5,690 nucleotides of DNA from a virus. The notes below the pieces were generated by a model. That model had not been told where the DNA came from, searched no databases, and worked only from the letters and a program-made list of their open reading frames with translations. The stretch is taken from positions 1-5,690 of the IMG/VR virus record IMGVR_UViG_3300045988_031857; one strand, written 5' to 3'. The translations under genes and the position numbers were made by a program. This document shows, in pieces, positions 5,537 through 5,690 of this stretch. Within the stretch, counting starts at the first letter, position 1. The number at the start of each line of letters is the position of its first letter.

Positions 5537-5621
5537 AATCTGTGAAAAACTCAAAGAATACGAAACAAATAACTAAAATCAGCAAGGTGGACAAAATCCC
5601 ACCTTGTTTTTTTTTTTTTTT
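5537..5621 (+). ncRNA. Candidate short transcript (roughly 76-85 nt) from the P2 start to the intrinsic terminator. Alternatively it is a leader/attenuator for the downstream operon.
   Basis: This is defined only by P2 lying next to the terminator. The body (5537-5582) is A-rich with no obvious internal structure, and the 3' end is a hairpin plus U-tail. The boundaries are predicted, not observed. Confidence 0.3.
5583..5621 (+). terminator. Rho-independent terminator: stem CAAGGTGG (5583-5590) / CCACCTTG (5599-5606), 8-nt loop ACAAAATC, followed by T15 (5607-5621, equal to 2-16).
   Basis: The stem complementarity was checked base by base, and the T-run is an uninterrupted 15 T. It is the only hairpin-plus-T-tract I can find on the + strand, so it probably ends rep and whole-genome transcripts. 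It straddles the linearisation point. Confidence 0.85.
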
Positions 5622-5690
5622 GGTAAAATGGAACTATAAACAAAATTATCGAAAGGAGGTTGAAAAAAATGGTAACTATGCAGGACATCA
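5606..5690. repeat. Terminal redundancy (copy 2). It includes a truncated second copy of the 64-171 ORF start (ATG at 5669).
   Basis: Identical to 1-85 (see above). Confidence 0.95.

Noticed and set aside
104-5554. All minus-strand ORFs in the track: 104-436, 700-885, 919-1254, 999-1256, 1334-1543, 1904-2323, 2343-2729, 2572-2754, 2751-2990, 2995-3393, 3704-4123, 3748-3945, 4992-5234, 5080-5268 and 5135-5554.
   Set aside because: Each lies antisense to a well-supported + strand gene. Their translations are Cys/Phe/Val/Leu/Ser-rich low-complexity strings, some looking falsely transmembrane, as expected from the T-rich, A-poor complement where stop codons are scarce. None has a visible SD. Microviridae are not known to encode genes on the complementary strand.
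5533-5690. Open frame from ATG 5533 running through the terminator hairpin and T15 (encoding CFFFFL) and off the window end.
   Set aside because: The ATG lies 3 nt after the P2 -10 box, upstream of the predicted transcription start. The frame crosses the terminator, the next gene's SD and its coding start out of frame. The sequence is low complexity, so it is most likely non-coding.
1-5690. Signs of temperate integration: a dif-like XerC/D site, an integrase, or att repeats.
   Set aside because: There is no integrase or recombinase ORF. I could not find a convincing 28-bp dif-like element. TTATG/CATAA-containing stretches such as 2318-2330 lie inside VP1 and match the XerD arm only partially, and the TGTATA near 5511 belongs to the P2 spacer. 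A proper dif-profile scan would be needed to exclude it fully.
1-5690. tRNA, rRNA or CRISPR arrays.
   Set aside because: There are no cloverleaf-capable segments in the short intergenic regions. There is no array of regularly spaced repeats; the only tandem repeat is the 2-unit CGGCCGACC.

Overview
The window is one complete circular ssDNA phage genome of the family Microviridae, with Gokushovirinae-like gene content and order. It was linearised with an 85-nt assembly overlap: bases 1-85 are identical to 5606-5690, so the unit length is 5605 nt. All supportable genes lie on the + strand as one tightly packed, partly overlapping chain. In order they are a 35-aa peptide, a J/ORF8-like basic DNA-packaging peptide, a 66-aa ribbon-helix-helix (RHH)-like protein, a VP5-like protein, VP3 internal scaffold, VP1 major capsid, VP2 pilot protein, a 55-aa RHH-like protein, and the VP4 rolling-circle Rep. 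Three of these (64-171, 171-290, 3966-4133) are under 60 aa and absent from the supplied ORF track; I read them directly from the sequence. Almost every gene has a GGAGG Shine-Dalgarno 6-9 nt upstream (12 nt for rep). The non-coding signals are the unusual part. There are two perfect sigma70 consensus promoters (TTGACA-17 nt-TATAAT) at 3896-3924 and 5502-5530. A perfect 15-bp hairpin sits just upstream of the rep ribosome-binding site. A GC-rich composite hairpin with a tandem CGGCCGACC repeat lies upstream of the second promoter. An 8-bp stem plus T15 intrinsic terminator lies only about 50 nt downstream of that promoter. The most interesting hypotheses are two. First, promoter -> small RHH -> hairpin -> HUH Rep resembles the copG-repB copy-control cassette of rolling-circle plasmids. 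Second, the promoter-plus-terminator unit may encode an RNA of about 80 nt or act as an attenuator. I do not recognise either as part of the canonical microvirus gene set. All functional calls rest on motif recognition by eye; no database search was run.
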